A stretch of DNA of 64,000 nt, from NCBI GenBank assembly GCA_965223325.1, contig CBDCWI010000002.1:1600001-1664000 (forward strand). The letters run 5' to 3'. Positions 40,912 through 51,041 of the stretch are shown here, piece by piece. The position numbers and the translations under genes are program-made. How positions within the stretch are numbered: position 1 is the first letter of the stretch; every line of letters begins with the position of its first letter. Source of the stretch: Candidatus Multivoradales bacterium (GTDB lineage: Bacteria; Acidobacteriota; Thermoanaerobaculia; Multivoradales; Multivoraceae). The notes under the pieces were generated by a model that searched no databases, was not told where the DNA came from, and saw nothing but the letters and a program-made list of their open reading frames with translations.

Positions 40912-41518
40912 TTTTGTGCGTGGTTTTGCGGCTTTTGGGTCGCGGGTGGAGGGTGCTCGCGCGATGCTGAGCGGGGATCGATCTCGACAAGCGTCGCGTC
41001 GTTACCACGCACAAAACTAGTGTCACCCCGCCAAGCGCAGCAAGCTGCGCGGCTCGGCTCGGAGCTTTGCTCCGAGCGCCGATGACGGAGCGACAGCTGA
41101 AAAATCGCAACGCGGACTAGTTCTGTGCGTGGTTTTGCGGCTTTTGGGTCGCGGGTGGAGGGTGCTCGCGCGATGCTGAGCGGGGATCGATCTCGACAAG
41201 CGTCGCGTCGTTACCACCCACAAAACTAGTGTCACCCCGCCAAGCGCAGCAAGCTGCGCGGCTCGGCTCGGAGCTTTGCTCCGAGCACCGATGCGGAGCG
41301 ACAGGTGGAAAGATCGCAACGCGGACTAGTTCTGTGCGTGGTTTTGCGGCTTTTGGGTCGCGGGTGGAGGGTGCTCGCGCGATGCTGAGCGGGGATCGAT
41401 CTCGACAAGCGTCGCGTCGTTACCACCCACAAAACTAGTGTCACCCCGCCAAGCGCAGCAAGCTGCGCGGCTCGGCTCGGAACTTCGTTCCGAGCACCCA
41501 TTGTGGGGCGACAGGCGA
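40907..41518 (+). repeat. Tandem array A: three 209-bp units of a CTAG-bounded hairpin element plus a second hairpin module
   Basis: Units start at 40907, 41116 and 41325. Unit 1 has a perfect 18-bp inverted repeat (40907-40924 / 41004-41021). A fragment of the second module recurs at 41601-41633. Confidence 0.95.
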
Positions 41519-41677
41519 ATATCGGAGCGCGGAGGACCTCTTGCCTGTTCTTTCTCAACCCACCTGCTAACCCAGTTCGCTCTTGGGTGACTGCTCCTTC
41601 TGTCACCCCGCCTGATGCAGCAAGCTGCGCGGCGCTTGATGTAGCCTCTTGGTACTCCCGATGAGAAGCCGAGATCT

Positions 41678-42805
41678 ATGCTTGTGACTGCGTTCTTGCT
41701 TGCTGCGGCGCTGACGACACCGCTCCGTGCCGACGGTGATGTTCGGCTTTCCAAGGGCACTGAGTACCTTGAAGCGGGAGGGCTTGGCTTGGCTGACGAT
41801 GTTTCGCTGGGGCGTGGTGCCGCGGTGGTGCTCTGGGATCAGACCGCGGCGCCGTCCGGCAATGGTGTTCCTGTGCAGAACGTCGAAGCTGCCCTGGATT
41901 CTTTCGACAGCATGGCGGCGGATGACTTCGAGGTGCCGGACGGTGACGGTTGGGCGATCTCGGGAGTCAACTTCACCCTTTCCTTCAGTGGCGCTGGGCC
42001 GGTCGATACGGTCGACCTCGCGATTCTGGCCGACGACGCCGGCGCGCCGGGCGCGGCCCTGTGGAGTTACAGCGGTCTTGGCGGCACGCTGAATGGGGCT
42101 GACCTCAACGTCGCGCTGCCCACGCCGGCGATTCTCGGGCCGGGAATCTACTGGCTGCAGGGTGTGATCAACATGGAGTTCGATTGCTGCGGCCAGGTGT
42201 TCTGGAGCAACAGCATCGACCAGACTCTCAGCCCCAGCCACTGGTCGAACCCCGGCGACGGTTTCGCGACCACCTGCACCACGTACATGCCGGTGCCAGT
42301 GTGCGGGGTCGGCGGGGGGTTCCCTGACTTCTTGTTTCAGATTCTCGGTGTCGCAGCGAACGCTGACCTCACGCTGACGAAGACCAGTGATGCCGAGGCG
42401 GTCACCGCGCATGACCGTCTCATCTACACCTTGACTGCCGGCAACCTGGGGCCGAACCAGGCCGACAATGTCGTGGTCACAGAGTCTCTTCCGGCGGGTC
42501 TCGACTTCGTCTCCACCAGCGGTTGCCTGGAAGATCCAGTGGGTGTCCCCACCTGCACCCTCGGAACCCTGGCCGCTGGAACAAGCGCCCAGTACACGGT
42601 GACTGTGAGGGTCGACGAGTCCGCTTCGGGCCTCTTGACCAACAGCGCCGAGGTCACTGCCGACGCCTTCGATAGCGACCCAACCACGGGCGGAGCCTCG
42701 ATTGCCGTGCGGGTCGGCGCCCCGGTACCGCTACTGCACCCGGTGGGGCTTGCCACCTTCGCTGCCTTGATCCTGCTTGCAGCTCGGGGGCGACTGCGGG
42801 GCTAG
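41678..42805 (+). CDS. Secreted DUF11-domain protein with C-terminal (IPTL-CTERM-like) anchor
   Basis: Signal peptide, ADLTLTKT...LIYTLTAGNLGP..ADNVVVTESLPAGL (DUF11) and the C-terminus VPLLHPVGLATFAALILLAARGRLRG. Confidence 0.85.
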   Translation: MLVTAFLLAAALTTPLRADGDVRLSKGTEYLEAGGLGLADDVSLGRGAAVVLWDQTAAPSGNGVPVQNVEAALDSFDSMAADDFEVPDGDGWAISGVNFTLSFSGAGPVDTVDLAILADDAGAPGAALWSYSGLGGTLNGADLNVALPTPAILGPGIYWLQGVINMEFDCCGQVFWSNSIDQTLSPSHWSNPGDGFATTCTTYMPVPVCGVGGGFPDFLFQILGVAANADLTLTKTSDAEAVTAHDRLIYTLTAGNLGPNQADNVVVTESLPAGLDFVSTSGCLEDPVGVPTCTLGTLAAGTSAQYTVTVRVDESASGLLTNSAEVTADAFDSDPTTGGASIAVRVGAPVPLLHPVGLATFAALILLAARGRLRG

Positions 42806-42965
42806 ACGAACACGCCCCTCGAACCGGACCTGGAGCACTCCGCTCGCCGTAGCAGCCGCGGCAGCAGGCGAAGAGGAGTGCGGAACTCGCCAGCCCGCAA
42901 AGCCGCTTACTCGCGCCCTATACTCTCGCCCAGTTTCCCCGCCACGCTCTCGGAATTCGGTTCTC

Positions 42966-44596
42966 GTGCGTAGATCACAGAAAAGACTTCTCCTCGCGCT
43001 CGCCATCCTGCCGCTCCTGTTGCTGCTCGCGGCGCTCGTCTACCAGATCGGCATGACCAGCCTCGAAGGTGACCCGCGCGGCTTTTGGGACAGCCTTGCG
43101 TGGGCGGCCGAAACCCTTTCGACGACCGGTTACGGTGAGGATGGGCGGTGGGCGCATCCGGTCATGGTGGTCTTCGTGATCGTGTTGCAGTTCGTCGGCG
43201 TCTTCCTGGTGTTTCTAGTCTTCCCGATCTACCTCATCCCGGTTCTCGAGGAACGCTTCGAAGCGCGCCTCCCCACCGAAGTCAAGCCGATGCATAACCA
43301 CGTGGTCATCTTCCGGTCTGGCCCGGCGGTCGAGCTACTGGTCGAACAACTCACCCACGCCGGGATCGAGACCTTGTTCCTCGAAGAAGACGAGGCCGTC
43401 GCACGGCGGCTCGTCGACCAGGGGCACAAGGTCCTCGTCGGCAGCATCGACGACGGCGTTCTGGAACGTGCCCACCTCGAGAAGGCGCGTTGTTTGATCG
43501 CCAACAGCTCAGACGACGAAGATGCGGCCGCGACACTCACCGCCCGCCAGCTCGGCTTCGAAGGTGACCTCTTGGCTTTGGTCGAGGAGCCCTTCCATCG
43601 TCAGCCCATGATGCTCGCGGGCGCGACCGCGACGTTCACCCCTCGCCATGTGCTCGGTGCAGTCCTGGCCGCACGCGCCAGTCGCCGCGTCAGCCCAGCC
43701 GTCGCTGGCGTCCAGTCGCTCGGCAAACGACTGCGGGTCGGTGAGGTTCACATTCGGCGATCGAGCGAGCTGGTCGGCCAGACACTAGAAGCGTCACACC
43801 TCGGTCAAACGACCGGAGCTACCGTGATCGGGCAATGGGTCGGCGGACGCCTCGAAGCTCCCGTCGGTCCCGATGCCGTCATCCAGCGGGTGCCAACCTG
43901 ATCGTCGTAGGCAGCGACGCAGCCATCGCTCGCCTGGGGGAACTCGGTCGTGGGACCTTCATGCTCAGTCGCCAGGGTCGATTTGTCATCGCCGGTTGCG
44001 GTGAGGTCGGGGCGAAGGTCCTGCAGCTGCTCCGAGACGTCGACGAAGACACCACCGTAATCGATCGGGATCCCACGAACGCGCCCGATGTCGTCGGAGA
44101 CGTACTCGACCCGCGAGTGCTCGAGAGCGCCGACGTCGACAGCGCCCAGGCGGTCATTCTGGCGCTCGACACCGACGCCGCAACGTTGTTCGCCACCGTC
44201 ATCCTGAAGGGTGTGGCCCCAGACGTTCCGATCTTTGCTCGCGTCAACCGAGCCGAGAACGTCGAGCGCATCCACGCCGCTGGCGCAGAGTTCGCCCGCT
44301 CTCTCAGCCAAGTCTCGGGTCAGATGCTCGTCCGCCGCTTGCTGGGCGAGGCCTCGATCGCGCTCGATCCACAGCTCAAGGTGCTGCAAATGGAAGCGAC
44401 CCTGATGGCCGGCAGCCATCCAGCCAGGATCGGCATCCGCGAACGCAGCGGGTGCTCGATCGTCGCCATCGAACGCGGCAGCGACCTGCTCACCGAGTTC
44501 GACGACGACCTCGAGATCCAGGCCAGCGACAAGGTCTACATATGCGGCTCGAGCGAAGCCACTGAACTCTGCCGGGAACTCTTCGCCCCGGAGTAG
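42966..44596 (+). pseudogene. Potassium channel / TrkA (RCK) family protein split by a 1-nt frameshift near 43887
   Basis: Pore motif TLSTTGYGE and RCK domains in ORF 42966-43901 continue in another frame (GANLIVVGS...IAGCGEVG). Adding one base in ATCCAGCGGG restores a single frame, e.g. VIQPGANL. Could be a sequencing error. Confidence 0.8.
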
Positions 44597-44622
44597 CGAG
44601 AGCAGGCCCTGACTCACTCAGA

Positions 44623-45917
44623 GCAGGGGGAGCGCAACGCAGAAGGCCTACGCCGTGGAGCGCCCGCGCCGCAAATAGGTCTTCAGCGGCGCCACACCAA
44701 ACCACGGCACGCCGGCCGCAAGCTCGCAAACAACCGGTGTCACTCGACACATCGAAGCCAAGAATCCGCGGCGCGCGCACGCCCATCGAAGTCAGAGGAC
44801 GCAAGTGCAGGGGAAGCGCCAACGCAGAAGGCTCACGCAGCGGACCGCTTGCGCCGCTAATGTGACTCTAGCGGCGCCGGTGGTAACGACCGCCCGCCAT
44901 CACGAGCTCGCGCGACCAACGCACCACCTCTCCAGCCCGCAGCTCGCGGGCCGCAAGCTCGCAAACACCGGTGTCACTCGTCACATCGAAGCCAAGAATC
45001 CGCGGCGCGCGCACGCCCATTGAAGGAAAGGAGCGCAGGTGCAGGGCGGCCGCCAACGCAGAAGGCGCACGCAGCGGACCGCTTGCGCCGCTAGTGTGAC
45101 TCTAGCGGCGCCGGTGGTAACGACCGCCCGCCATCACGAGCTCGCTACTCCAACGGCACTGCCCACCAAACCACGGCACGCGAGCCGCAAGCTCGCAAAC
45201 ACCGGTGTCACTCGACACATCGAAGCCAAGAATCCGCGGCGCGCGCACGCCCATTGAAGGAAAGGAGCGCAGGTGCAGGGCGGCCGCCAACGCAGAAGGC
45301 GCACGCAGCGGACCGCTTGCGCCGCTAGTGTGACTCTAGCGGCGCCGGTGGTAACGACCGCCCGCCATCACGAGCTCGCTACTCCAAGGGCACTGCCCAC
45401 CAAACCACGGCACGCGAGCCGCAAGCTCGCAAACACCGGTGTCACTCGACACATCGAAGCCAAGAATCCGCGGCGCGCGCACGCCCATTGAAGGAAAGGA
45501 GCGCAGGTGCAGGGCGGCCGCCAACGCAGAAGGCTCACGCAGCGGACCGCTTGCGCCGCTAGTGTGACTCTAGCGGCGCCGGTGGTAACGACCGCCCGCC
45601 ATCACGAGCTCGCTACTCCAACGGCACTGCCCACCAAACCACGGCACGCGAGCCGCAAGCTCGCAAACACCGGTGTCACTCGACACATCGAAGCCAAGAA
45701 TCCGCGGCGCGCGCACGCCCATTGAAGGAAAGGAGCGCAGGTGCAGGGCGGCCGCCAACGCAGAAGGCTCACGCAGCGGACCGCTTGCGCCGCTAATGTG
45801 ACTCTAGCGGCGCCGGTGGTAACGACCGCCCGCCATCACGAGCTCGCTACTCCAACGGCACTGCCCACCAAACCACGGCACGCGAGCCGCAAGCTCGCAA
45901 ACCACCGGCGACGCTAG
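44623..45917 (-). repeat. Tandem array B: four full 234-bp units, one partial unit and one degenerate unit of the same element family
   Basis: Units start at 44805, 45039, 45273, 45507 and 45741 (partial), with a deleted copy at 44623-44804. Each carries GTGGTAACGAC and the hairpin GCGCCGCTA(G/A)-tgtgact-CTAGCGGCGC. Confidence 0.95.
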
Positions 45918-46477
45918 AACTTAACGCCTGCTACGTCGTCGGCGGTGGTCGGCACGGCGGCTGCTGAACGCTGCCAGGGCTGCAGCTGCACCATCGCGGC
46001 GATGGTCGAGCGCGATGTCACCTCGCCGTCGACTGCAGTGAGGCGACTCGACGTCGTGGTGAGGGCGTGGTTGATCGTGTGGAAGGTCGCGTCGCCAGAG
46101 TTGACCTGGCAAAGATCACAGGGCATGTCCTGGATCGGGACGGCCCGCGTCGCCTGAATCTCGTGGACGTACTTCTCTTGACTGTCGAAGGCCGGCCCGT
46201 TCTGTTCCGAGATCCGCACGGTGACCGAATCTGTCTTATGGTCGTGCAGGATCTGAGCGGTGGCGACAGCCAGCCCTGACTCGTTGGCGTAGAAGGTCTT
46301 CTCAACCACCCGCTGGCTTGCAGAGAGGTCTCCCTCGAGCGAGGTGATCAGAGTCAGACTCAGCCCAACGGCGGTGAGCACGAACATCACCATCAGCGTG
46401 ATGACATAGGCGCTACCGGCTTCGGGATGGTTCTGCGGAGTCGGTCCGGAGCATGACGGATGGTTCTGGTTGAGCAC
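45914..46477 (-). CDS. PilX-like type IV pilus assembly/minor pilin protein
   Basis: GSAYVITLMVMFVLTAVGLSL...TFYANESGL (PilX N-terminal pattern). GTG start after GAGG. Confidence 0.75.
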   Translation of the reverse strand: MLNQNHPSCSGPTPQNHPEAGSAYVITLMVMFVLTAVGLSLTLITSLEGDLSASQRVVEKTFYANESGLAVATAQILHDHKTDSVTVRISEQNGPAFDSQEKYVHEIQATRAVPIQDMPCDLCQVNSGDATFHTINHALTTTSSRLTAVDGEVTSRSTIAAMVQLQPWQRSAAAVPTTADDVAGVKF

Positions 46478-46633
46478 TGGAGATTTCCTCAATAAACCTG
46501 AAAAAATAGTATGAGACACGAGGCAACGCCGTCGATAAATAGTATTATACACATTACACCAGAACAACGCACGGCTGATGTCGAGAGATGGCCCCGATAG
46601 CGTGAGTACGGCGTAAATTCTCTCGCTCGTCGC

Positions 46634-47809
46634 CTAGCGAGAGGTCAACTCCGCCATCGCGGCAGCAGCCTTTTGGGCGCTCTTGCTCCAGGTGTAGCTT
46701 CGCGCCCTTTCCAGCCCACGCCGACTGAGGTCGGCGCAGGCGGCCGCGTCCCCCCACAGGCTGGCGATCGCGTTGCCGAGACCGCCCGGTTCTTCCAGCG
46801 ACACCATGCGCCCGGCGTCGCCCAGGACCTCGGGGAACGGCTCACGGTCACTGGTGATGACCGGCGTGCCATGCCACATCGCTTCGACGACCGGCAAGCC
46901 GAAGCCCTCATAGAGAGAAGGCAGCACGAACATCCGAGCCCCCCGATAGAGCGCAGCCAGATCGTCGTTCGAGACGTAGCCGAGCCGGTGCACCCGCCCC
47001 GACAGCGGCTCGCTCTCCTGCAACGCGCTGATCTCACCGCTTCCCCACCCCAGAGGACCCGCCAGGACGACCGAGCCATCGAACCGATCGGCCAGGATCA
47101 ACTCGCGAACCGCACGCAGAAGACCCGCCAGGTTCTTGCGCGGCTCCACAGTCCCTACAAAGAGCAGGTAGCCACGCCCGAGGGTGCGCTGGATGGCCTC
47201 GGAGCGCATGCCTCGAGCTCTGAGAAGGTCACCCACTCTCTTCTCCGCTTCGCCTGCCGCGGGGGTGGTCCGTCGCTCATCGACTCCACCGGGCACCAGA
47301 CGAACCCGCGCTGGATCGAGCCCGAGCTCGTTCACCGCAGCACGACCGGTGGCTTCCGTAAGCACGAAGACTCGATCCGCACCGCGCACCGAAGGCCCTA
47401 CAACCCGCGCCAACGCCAATCGATTGCGACGCGACATCGTCTCGGGATAGCGCTTGAAGACCAGGTCGTGCAGGCTGACGATAGTCGGCAGCTCACCGAG
47501 GAGCGGCAACGGTAGGACCTGCAAAGGGCCCCAGAAGAGGTCGAGGTCTCGCCGGCGGACCTCCCGCGCCAGCCCCGACTGCAACCACATCGTCCCCCAG
47601 CGGGCCGTCAAGCCAGAGAGGCCGCGCCGCTCTGCGACCACCTCGCGCACATTCGCGGGCAGGGCATCCGGCAGGAGAGGCCTGGTCGTGAAGGCGTCGA
47701 AGCGCCACGAGGGCTCGAGCATCGTGAGCTCTTCGAGCAAGCTGCGCAGGTACACTCCGGTCCCGGTGAGAGGTGGCACTAGAGCACGAGCATCAATTCC
47801 GATTCGCAC
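46634..47809 (-). CDS. Glycosyltransferase family 4
   Basis: IGIDARAL...TGTGVY, GTVEPRKNL and YEGFGLPVVEAM. Confidence 0.92.
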   Translation of the reverse strand: MRIGIDARALVPPLTGTGVYLRSLLEELTMLEPSWRFDAFTTRPLLPDALPANVREVVAERRGLSGLTARWGTMWLQSGLAREVRRRDLDLFWGPLQVLPLPLLGELPTIVSLHDLVFKRYPETMSRRNRLALARVVGPSVRGADRVFVLTEATGRAAVNELGLDPARVRLVPGGVDERRTTPAAGEAEKRVGDLLRARGMRSEAIQRTLGRGYLLFVGTVEPRKNLAGLLRAVRELILADRFDGSVVLAGPLGWGSGEISALQESEPLSGRVHRLGYVSNDDLAALYRGARMFVLPSLYEGFGLPVVEAMWHGTPVITSDREPFPEVLGDAGRMVSLEEPGGLGNAIASLWGDAAACADLSRRGLERARSYTWSKSAQKAAAAMAELTSR

Positions 47810-47846
47810 GGGCGCTGACCCTATCAATGGGGGTTCAGAGACCGCA

Positions 47847-48920
47847 GTGGAGCGTCGCAGTCGGCGTCTTTTGACGAGCGCGACGATCTGGCTTTTCGTC
47901 TGCTGCTCCCTCGCCACAGGCTGCGAGCCGCCAGGGGGTCCGGCTCCCGGACCCCTGCTCTACGACCTCGGCTACAGCCTGCCCGTTGCCAGGGGCACCA
48001 CCGAAGTGCGCGTGCTGCGCCCGGGCGACGAAGCTTCCCGCGCCTTTCTCGGCGAGGGCTTCTCGTGGCGTGAGCGCGACGGCTCCGGGCGCAGCTTCGC
48101 GTGGAGTGACGGCCAACAGTCGACGGTCTACTTCAGGCTCTACGAGCCGCGACCCTTGCTTCTCAAACTCGGCGGAACCGCACATCCTTCGTTGGTTCGA
48201 GAAGGCCAGCCCCTCGAGATTCGGGTCATTGCGACCCCTGTGGCGACCGCTGACCCCACGACCGCGGCCCGGCAAAACGAAGGATCCGCCGTTGCCCGTT
48301 CGGCCTCCACCGCGGTGGGAACAGTTCACTTCCCCGGTGAGGCTACCCGCGACCCAACGATCGAGATCCCACGACACGTCCAGGGAAACGGGGAAGGTCT
48401 CGCAATCACGCTCGTCTACGGTGGGGAGGGCGAGAGCCGGCTGGCCCCGGAACGTGCGGCGGATGGCACCGGTCGCCAACTGGCGGTCGCCTGGCATGAA
48501 ATCCGTCTCGGCGACGCGCAGCCTGAAGCGGGTGAACCAGGACCGGTGAGCTTCGAACCGCTGCCGGGTCGAGATGGATCCCTGCTGCTCCCGACCGCCA
48601 CTCGCATCAGCTGGCAGGTCGACCTCCCACCTGATGCCCGTCTCGCTTTCCACGGCGTCGAGTTCCATGGCGACGCCCACCGGCTACGGATCGAGGTCCG
48701 CGCCGGTGCGGAGAGCGTCGCGGTCCGCGAGCTCAGCGCGTCGGCGCCTGCCTCCGAGTTGTCGCTTCTCGTGATACCCATCGAGCGCGAAGAGTGGACG
48801 AGGGTCGAACTGGCCCTCACCGCACTGCCAGAGCGCGACTGGCCGGGCCTCGACGGCCGGATCACGATCGAGCGCGCCCTCGTCCGCGAACCGGCGAGCG
48901 CTCCGGGCTCCGAGGGCTAG
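47847..48920 (+). CDS. Hypothetical lipoprotein (beta-sandwich rich)
   Basis: Lipobox LATGC. LGEGFSWRE...FAWSDG resembles accessory domains of surface-modifying enzymes. Confidence 0.65.
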   Translation: MERRSRRLLTSATIWLFVCCSLATGCEPPGGPAPGPLLYDLGYSLPVARGTTEVRVLRPGDEASRAFLGEGFSWRERDGSGRSFAWSDGQQSTVYFRLYEPRPLLLKLGGTAHPSLVREGQPLEIRVIATPVATADPTTAARQNEGSAVARSASTAVGTVHFPGEATRDPTIEIPRHVQGNGEGLAITLVYGGEGESRLAPERAADGTGRQLAVAWHEIRLGDAQPEAGEPGPVSFEPLPGRDGSLLLPTATRISWQVDLPPDARLAFHGVEFHGDAHRLRIEVRAGAESVAVRELSASAPASELSLLVIPIEREEWTRVELALTALPERDWPGLDGRITIERALVREPASAPGSEG

Positions 48921-48950
48921 TGCTGGAAGTGAGACCAAAGGGCGCAACGC

Positions 48951-51041
48951 TCAGGCCGAGCGCCGCGCTCCATCCTGCTCGCTAGAAGGGGCGATCGCCT
49001 TGTCGCTGCCGGCTTTCATCACCCGGCTCGCTTCGCGCAGGGCGCGCGCCACTTCGCGGCGCTCCGCCGGTGAGAGCTCTTGCTGGCCGAAACTCTCGCG
49101 CAAGTACAACCCCAACAGGCGATCGGCTGACGCCTTGGATTCCGGGAATCGCAGCACCACCCGTTCGCGCACATCGACCGGTGCCACCGCCGCATCGATC
49201 TCGACGCCACGCTTCTCGGCGCGCAGCCGAAAGCGCCCGAACGCGCGCGTTGCCGAGAACCTCGGACGCGACAACCAGGCGCCGGTCAGGAGGCCTGAGG
49301 CGGCGAGAAGTGCCCACCAGATCATTGCCTCCGGGGGCGACTGACGTTCGAGCTCATCAGCGGTTGCGGGCAGCGAAACCGGTTCAATGAGGCCGAGCAT
49401 CAGCTCTCGCACCGAGGCGAAAAAGCTTCGCTGATCGCGCGCACTGAACGAAATGATGTAGCGGTCCCAGCGAAACTGCACCCAGTCCCATGCCTGCCGC
49501 AACACGAGGTGGAGCGACGGCGGTGCCGCGATCGGTCGGCCGGCGGGTGGCGTCGGGTCGAACGTCACCCAGCCTTCTTCGGGAATCCAGGCTTCGACCC
49601 AGGCGTGCGCGTTGTTTTGTCGCACCACGTAGTAGCCCTCGATGGGGTTGTACTCCGCACCCAGGTAGCCGGTGACGAACCGCGCCGGGATGCCCTCGGC
49701 CCGGAGCATAAGAACCATCGCCGAGGCAAAGAACTCACAGTGGCCACTCTTGAACGTAAACAGAAAGTCGTCGATGGGTGCATCGGCACTTCGCCGCAAG
49801 AAGTCGAGCGTGTACTCGTACTCACGAATCAGATGAGACTCGACCCGTCGGGCGCGCACCCGGCTGGTTCCTTCACCGGCGACCTCGGAGGCAAGAGCAC
49901 GGATCTCGGGGCTGATCCCATCGTCGGCCATCGTCGGCTCGTCGAAGTCGAGCGGGTCGGGCGGCAGAGCGAGCGCTACCGGCAAAGACGACAGACCAAC
50001 CTCGAATTCGAGGACTGTGCGCGGGGGCGTCGGGAAGAGAAAGCTACCGCCGATGGTGCGGCGCAGCGCCGGCTCCTCCATTCGCAGCTCCATCGCCTCG
50101 ATGGGAAGCGGGAGGCCGCGAGCCCGGAGTGGCTGCATCCAGACTTTCATCCGTGATGACGGCCGCCCCTCCGAGAGTACATAGCGACCGGCTCGATCGC
50201 GGCCGATCGTGTCCATCACCGTCGCCGGCTGCCACGATGCTCCGACGTAGCGGTCGTAGGCGCCGCCTTTCCAGCGGAAGTCGCTCGCGGGCAGGTCGGC
50301 CTGGTCCATCTCGATGCGAATGGCAACTTCGGTACTCGTGCGCGCCTGGCCAATGACGTCGAGCGTCACCTCGTCGCTGAAGCCGAGACCGAAGCTGGCG
50401 GTGGACGAGTTGGTTCTGCCGGTCAGGTACGGACTGCCGAAGCGCGGCAGCAGAGTAAAGATCGGGACTGCAACCAATGCGGCCGCCAACGTCATGGCGG
50501 CGACGAAGCGCTTCACCGAGCGCGGCCCGAGAACCAGGCGCCCGGGTTCTTCGTGAAGGTCTTTGAGGTGGAGATAGGTAAAGCGCGTCAGGAGCAACAG
50601 GCCAAAAGACATCACCGCGACCAGGTAGACGACGATCGCCGGATGGGTACTGGTTGCGATCGAGGTCACGAACACGAAGAAGAGGCCAATCGTGGCGTGC
50701 CACTTATCGCGCTCGTTGCGTAGCGAGAAGAGTTTGGCTACCAAGGCAAAGAGAGCCAGATGCATCATCGGCCGGACCAGCGAACCAGCAAACCACACCG
50801 TCATGTCCAGCACCAGGAAGGGCAGGTAGAGGCAACCCAGGGCGTTGAGCATCCAGGGACGCAACCACCTCTCGGTGCCACTCGCCGCCCGGTAGAGGTA
50901 GACCCCGATCGCCGCGAGAAACAGCACCAGGAAAGGCCAGCCGACGACCCCCCCGGGGCGCGGCTCGTTGAGTGGAAGGGGCAACGGGGCCAGCAAGGCA
51001 AAGACGCCGAGCAGCAGTCGCTTGTGGCGAGCGAACTTCAC
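48951..51041 (-). CDS. TgpA-like transglutaminase-domain membrane protein (DUF3488)
   Basis: TM region, GHCEFFASAM, AHAWVEAW and WVTFDPTP (Cys-His-Asp triad). Confidence 0.92.
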   Translation of the reverse strand: MKFARHKRLLLGVFALLAPLPLPLNEPRPGGVVGWPFLVLFLAAIGVYLYRAASGTERWLRPWMLNALGCLYLPFLVLDMTVWFAGSLVRPMMHLALFALVAKLFSLRNERDKWHATIGLFFVFVTSIATSTHPAIVVYLVAVMSFGLLLLTRFTYLHLKDLHEEPGRLVLGPRSVKRFVAAMTLAAALVAVPIFTLLPRFGSPYLTGRTNSSTASFGLGFSDEVTLDVIGQARTSTEVAIRIEMDQADLPASDFRWKGGAYDRYVGASWQPATVMDTIGRDRAGRYVLSEGRPSSRMKVWMQPLRARGLPLPIEAMELRMEEPALRRTIGGSFLFPTPPRTVLEFEVGLSSLPVALALPPDPLDFDEPTMADDGISPEIRALASEVAGEGTSRVRARRVESHLIREYEYTLDFLRRSADAPIDDFLFTFKSGHCEFFASAMVLMLRAEGIPARFVTGYLGAEYNPIEGYYVVRQNNAHAWVEAWIPEEGWVTFDPTPPAGRPIAAPPSLHLVLRQAWDWVQFRWDRYIISFSARDQRSFFASVRELMLGLIEPVSLPATADELERQSPPEAMIWWALLAASGLLTGAWLSRPRFSATRAFGRFRLRAEKRGVEIDAAVAPVDVRERVVLRFPESKASADRLLGLYLRESFGQQELSPAERREVARALREASRVMKAGSDKAIAPSSEQDGARRSA

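Noticed and set aside
40907-41021. Integron attC interpretation of the hairpin element
   Set aside because: The ends lack the RYYYAAC...GTTRRRY arrangement, the elements follow core genes such as recA, and no integrase is seen.
40862-41760. Minus-strand ORFs repeated across array A
   Set aside because: They are translations of the DNA repeat. The 209-bp period shifts frame and there are no protein-like features.
40907-45917. CRISPR array interpretation of the tandem repeats
   Set aside because: Units are 209 and 234 bp and nearly identical throughout, with no unique 30-40-bp spacers between short repeats and no cas genes.
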